Shown one piece after another: positions 59,381-64,000 of a stretch of 64,000 bases of DNA. Where the stretch lies: assembly GCA_030704615.1 (NCBI GenBank), contig CM060734.1, positions 60,326,001 through 60,390,000 on the forward strand. The letters are read 5' to 3'. The first letter of the stretch is position 1, and each line of letters starts with the position of its first letter. The position numbers were made by a program, and so were the translations under genes. Under the pieces are notes generated by a model. It worked only from the letters and a program-made list of their open reading frames with translations. It ran no database searches and was not told the origin of the DNA. The DNA is from Takakia lepidozioides (lineage: Eukaryota; Plantae; Bryophyta).

Positions 59381-61872
59381 TTGAACAACTCTGCACGCTG
59401 CTCACATGCACGTGCCCATACGTCCGGATCGTCAAGGTTAAGAACTGTAGCAGCTTCTCTGCGAATGGATGTAGGCAAATCCGGCTCTCGGCCAAAGAGA
59501 AGAAAGTATGGTGAGAAGGAGGCAAGTGATGCTTGCTTGCTGAACCTGTAGCCCATGGCTAACCAGGGTAACTGAAGGTCCCAATCTCCTAGGTGTCCCT
59601 TCTGCAAGCCATACTTGCGCAAACCCCTCTTTACTGTCTGAACAACTCTCTCTGCCAAGCCATCGGCCTCAGGATGATCCCGAGAAGTGGTGCGGTGGTC
59701 TATCAAGGCCTTGTCACACAAAGCCTGAAACTCCCCCAAGAACTCTCTCCCTTGGTCCGTGAGTACCTCAGCTGGAGCACCGAATCGGCTAAGCACACAA
59801 TCCAATAATGCATACGCAGCTCCCTCACTAGCCTTATCAGGCAATGGAACCAATTCAATCCACTTGGAGAAGTGCTCCACCATCACCAACACGTACTTGT
59901 TGTGGCGCATGGTCAGTGGCAACGGCCCTGCGAAGTCAAGACTCCACCTGTAGCCCAATCCCATGATCGGAAGAGGGTGCAATTGTGGAGTAGGGGCGTT
60001 GAATGAAGCACGCACCCTGTCACACACCATGCACCTAGCCACAAATTGTTGCACCTCTGTGTGCATACCACGCCACCAATACTGCCCCTGCAGTAGACTA
60101 TGAGTGCGTCGCACCCCAAAATGCCCCAACTCCTCATGGGCATGCCGCACTAACCGTGCCCGCTGTGTTGGGTGAGGCACAATCCTCACTCGACCATCCT
60201 CCCACACTCGGAGCAGGTGTGTCCCCTCCCACCTGAACCTCTTGGCTCGTTGTAGGATCCGATCCCTCTCCTTGGCAGTCATAATGGCTGCCGTGTCTCC
60301 ACTGCGGAGGTAGTCCAACACAACTGAATCCTCATGTATATCTTTGGCGCCACCCTGCTCATTGCTGGCCTCAGGGTCCTCAGACACTTGATCTACAGTC
60401 ATCCCTGTTGTAGGTCCAACCTGGCCTTCCGCTGCCAAGATACACAGAAATGCAGATGCATGCCATCCGGGCACCATCTCCTCGTCTGTCTCACCATGCC
60501 ACCGAGCTCCAGTGTCATCCTGCTGGCTCGTGCATGGATTGCGACTCAACCCATCTGCATTTCGATTGACCAAACCCGGTCGATGCACCACCTGAAAGTC
60601 ATACTCTTGAAGGATGAGTGCCCACCGTGCAAGCTTCCCCGTAAGCTTGTCTGACTCCATCAACCACTTGAGTGGTTGGTGATCCTTGACAAGGGTGAAG
60701 AGATTGCCGTATAGATAGCACCTGAAGTGTGCCACGGCCCACACTGCAGCTAAGCATTCTCCCTCATATGAGCTATACTTAGACTCTGCAGCATTGTTCG
60801 AGCGGCTAGCATAAGCCACTACGAACTCTCTTCCCTCATCATCCACCTGTGTGAGCACCGCTCCAAGCCCTAGCATGCTCCAATCTGTATGCAGCTGAAA
60901 AGGACGCCCCCTGATAGGTCGTCTCAAGATGGGCGCCGAGGTCAACCTCGCCTTGAGCTCTTGAAAAGCTTGTTCTTGCTCATCTTCCCACTGCCACTCC
61001 TGGTCCACCTTGGTCAGCTTGGTTAGAGCCTTTGCAATGGCACTAAATCCCTTAACAAACCGTCTGTAATAGTTTGCTAACCCCATGAAAGCTCGAACTC
61101 GGCTCACATCCGTGGGGCGTGGAACCTGTGCAATGGACTCTACCTTAGTCTGCTGTACCCCCAATCCTCCAGGATATATCATGTGACCCAGATACTCAAT
61201 CTGGTTGTGGAAAAACTTGCACTTGCCCGGATGTAACTTCAATCCTTGCGTCCTCAAGCGCTCAAATACCCCCTGAAGGTGTCTCTCATGCTCCTCCACC
61301 GTAGCACTAAAGATGATGATGTCATCTATGTAGCACCGAGCAAACTCCACCCCTGCTAGAATCCTGTCCATGACTCTTTGAAACTCAGCGGGAGCGTTTT
61401 TAAGCCCAAATGGTAAGAACCGCCACTGGTATAGGCAATCCTTCCCGTGCTCATTGATCCCCCAGAATGCCGTCTTTTGCTTATCCGCCTCCTTGATCGG
61501 CAACTGGTGATATCCGGATCGTAAATCCAACGTGCTAAAGACCTTGGAATGCCCAATGGCATCAAAGATCTCCTCTGGTGTTGGCATGGCATACCTATCG
61601 GACTTGGTCTGACGATTTACAGGCCGGTAATCACCGCACATACGTCTCTCCGTCCAATTGCCATAGACATCCTTCTTAGCTGGCATCACTGTGGCTGAAG
61701 CATACTCTCCACCAGAGAGCTCCACCAAACCTGCCTCCCAGAGATCTTGAGTCCTCATCTGAATCAAAGACCTCTCCATGTCACTGTATCTATAGGGTCT
61801 CCGAAAGATTGGCGTGTCAGTGGCCAACTCAATACGGATCTCTTGACCCTTCAGTGCTCCCAAGTCCTTCAA
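59329..61872 (-). CDS. pol: pol: RT, RNase H, integrase
   Basis: LDLRSGYHQ, LPFGLKNAP, CYIDD, LHTDWS, HEELGH..CMVC, WSLDFAGP, TDQGREF, LAERVV. Confidence 0.95.
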   Translation of the reverse strand: MKDLGALKGQEIRIELATDTPIFRRPYRYSDMERSLIQMRTQDLWEAGLVELSGGEYASATVMPAKKDVYGNWTERRMCGDYRPVNRQTKSDRYAMPTPEEIFDAIGHSKVFSTLDLRSGYHQLPIKEADKQKTAFWGINEHGKDCLYQWRFLPFGLKNAPAEFQRVMDRILAGVEFARCYIDDIIIFSATVEEHERHLQGVFERLRTQGLKLHPGKCKFFHNQIEYLGHMIYPGGLGVQQTKVESIAQVPRPTDVSRVRAFMGLANYYRRFVKGFSAIAKALTKLTKVDQEWQWEDEQEQAFQELKARLTSAPILRRPIRGRPFQLHTDWSMLGLGAVLTQVDDEGREFVVAYASRSNNAAESKYSSYEGECLAAVWAVAHFRCYLYGNLFTLVKDHQPLKWLMESDKLTGKLARWALILQEYDFQVVHRPGLVNRNADGLSRNPCTSQQDDTGARWHGETDEEMVPGWHASAFLCILAAEGQVGPTTGMTVDQVSEDPEASNEQGGAKDIHEDSVVLDYLRSGDTAAIMTAKERDRILQRAKRFRWEGTHLLRVWEDGRVRIVPHPTQRARLVRHAHEELGHFGVRRTHSLLQGQYWWRGMHTEVQQFVARCMVCDRVRASFNAPTPQLHPLPIMGLGYRWSLDFAGPLPLTMRHNKYVLVMVEHFSKWIELVPLPDKASEGAAYALLDCVLSRFGAPAEVLTDQGREFLGEFQALCDKALIDHRTTSRDHPEADGLAERVVQTVKRGLRKYGLQKGHLGDWDLQLPWLAMGYRFSKQASLASFSPYFLLFGREPDLPTSIRREAATVLNLDDPDVWARACEQRAELFKEIHAHGFREPCHCTTP

Positions 61873-62389
61873 ACTGAAGGCAAAGCAATTCCTGTAAGCC
61901 CTCAGGAACCGCCGTATACGTCGTCTCTCTCCTCCGGTGACAATGGGTCCAATGTCAGGCTCCCAATTGTCCTCCGTAACTGCAACCTTAAGTCCAGTGG
62001 GCTTAGAGGTAGAGGACGCGTCCCGTGGTTGCTACGCTGCAACCTCTTGAGCAGTACCCCCTTCCTGCTCAGTCAATGACAAGGCCTCATCCTGCCCCAT
62101 CATCTCATCATTGAGAACCTCCTCATCCCGAGAAGAATCCCCAACCTCATCCATCACAGCTGCCTTCGCTGCCAACTCCCTCTGAACCTCGAGCACCTTC
62201 GTACATCACCTGAGTTATCAATTGTCTAGTCGTCCAAAAAATAGATAAGTTCTGTCGAACCCACGTGTGCCATGGATGTCTACACCTCGTGGTCCTCACC
62301 GGCTCGCCCCCACTTGCTGCCTGTACCGTCTCGGTAGGCAGAGAGACTGTCAAGGGAAGTGCACTCCGCACTCTACGTTGCTCAGCCAT

Positions 62390-63345
62390 AGCCAAGCTGA
62401 CAATCCAGGTCAAGCAATTGAGATCCATTGCTTGCCCCAACACCTGACGACGTGATGCCTCAGAAAGAGAAGGCACCGCCGTGGTCCCAGTGGAAAACCC
62501 CATAGCCCGCTCTCGCTCGTCGGCATTAGGCTCCACTAACTGCTGCAACTGAGCATCCCACAAGAGGCCAGGTCCACCATCCCGAAAAGCATGGGATCCT
62601 GGGAAGCTGAGCAGTGTAGGTAATGCTGCTCGTGGTTGACCCACCCTGTTGACCACTGCCAAAGGCGAACGGTCATCGTGTCTCACACGTTGAGACTGCC
62701 TTCCTGTGTCCAAAATGCCATCCACGGTGAGGTGTGCTGGCCGCTACACCCCATCAAATGCACGCTTGAGCAGTGCGGGTGGCATCAAGTTAGTCCACCA
62801 TAGTCGTGGACGATGAGCCCGTGACCCCACTGCAGCTGCATCCAGCAATACTGCTGACCCAAGCCACGACCGGACTTGATGCACACTGGCCATCACCCTG
62901 GCCCGAGAATCACCCATCAGTGGTACATTCTCCAAGATGTATGCTGGAGATACAGCTTGATAAAGCTGCAAGCAGTGCAAAATCCGCACCATCTCCCAAA
63001 ACAGACCCGTCCTCGAGTCTCGCAATCCATTGCCATGCCCGGCTGATGAATGCCCTTGGCAGGGCCAACCTGCCACTATCAGATCAATGGAGCCAACCTG
63101 CTCCAAATCTTGCGCCCCCAACAAGGAAATGTCTGCTGGCAAGGCTTGTTGGTATCCACGAACTGCAGACACAGGCAACAAGTCAGGGTACTGCTGTACC
63201 AACTGAGCCACATGGCGCAGTGAGACGCGTCGTGCAGTCTCATCCCTCTCCACATACAGGTAACGCCTTACCCGCACACCTGCCTGTAGCACAGCAGCCA
63301 ATCCGGTGCTGATCCCGCCAAACAAGTCCAGAAGGCAAATGCCTT
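62390..63345 (-). CDS. DNMT3-like cytosine-5 DNA methyltransferase domain within the polyprotein (one in-frame TAG at 62744)
   Basis: Motif I LDLFGGISTG, II YVERD, IV AGWPCQGHS, VI YILENV, VIII AHRPRLWWTNL, IX ERERAMGF, X RRQVLGQAMD. Confidence 0.93.
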
Positions 63346-64000
63346 CATCCGGCCGCTGCCACACAAGAGGTGTGGTGTCCAATGGCGACAACTGAGGTGG
63401 CCCTGGTGCAATCACCGCACTCTCCTCCTCTCCTGACGGTACAAAAGCTTCTACCCAAGCTTGTTGCACCCGTCCATCAGCAGCTTGCTGCAAATCCTTG
63501 CTCGTACCCCACAACGGAGTGTGAGCAACCATGGCAAGCAACTCCGCCGTACCATGCATGTCATCCTGCTCTACTGGAGGTGGCACATCCTCTGCATGGG
63601 CATTGCCTTCCAGCAACTCTCCAGGCCAACTAACTGCAGCTGTGAAGGCGGCTAGTGTTGGCATCTTGCCCCGCTGGGCAGCTGCAATACCCCCAATGAA
63701 TGTCACAGGGAGCTGTGCACGGCGACCATCCCCTGACTGCCATCCAGGCCTGTAGGATGCTGACTCCTCCCAAAAATCCAGGGTGAAGCCCATGGGGTAT
63801 AACACTGCCCCACCAACGAGGACATCGTAAGAGACCGCGTCTGTCACAATGGCCTTGGCTCGCATCACTGAGCCATCTACAGGATGATCCGGCTGCAGTC
63901 TAATAGCCAACTGATGTCGTGTCATGCCACGAGCCTGCTCTGATCCTCCCAGAGATGTCTGTATCTGGAAAGGACAAGGCTCCATATCCGCCTCCATGAG

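Larger units (their letters stand above)
58114..64000 (-). mobile_element. Ty3/gypsy retrotransposon copy B: (PR)-DNMT-RT-RH-IN-PHD-LTR
   Basis: Colinear domains on the minus strand. Runs off the right edge. Confidence 0.93.

Noticed and set aside
62390-63345. Bacterial restriction-modification methyltransferase or contamination
   Set aside because: Embedded in a gypsy polyprotein with DNMT3-like motifs, with no endonuclease nearby, and flanked by plant genes.

Overview
Eukaryotic (land-plant, probably seed-free; inferred from a highly regular PLS-PPR-DYW gene and an L-type lectin receptor kinase) repeat-rich window with two intact host ORFs (LecRK 17781-19826; PPR-DYW 52095-55028) among nested transposons. 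(1) A Ty3/gypsy LTR retrotransposon family, seen in two copies at both window edges, whose polyprotein carries a DNMT3-like cytosine-5 methyltransferase between protease and RT and a PHD finger after integrase. (2) A 7.4-kb Mutator-like element with a 10-bp TSD inserted in the gag of the left copy, containing about 35 copies of a CpG-rich palindrome mostly spaced at ~63 bp. (3) Three intron-split, partly decayed OSB-type PDF (ssDNA-binding) motifs, the last of which continues in frame into the PPR-DYW deaminase. (4) A ~26-kb nested and rearranged cluster of an Athila/Tat-group-like gypsy family with an ORF upstream of gag and two extra 3' ORFs. Also present: MED4 and RPL17 gene fragments, a LINE 3' end and a 500-N gap. 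All family assignments are from motif recognition by eye, with no database searches.
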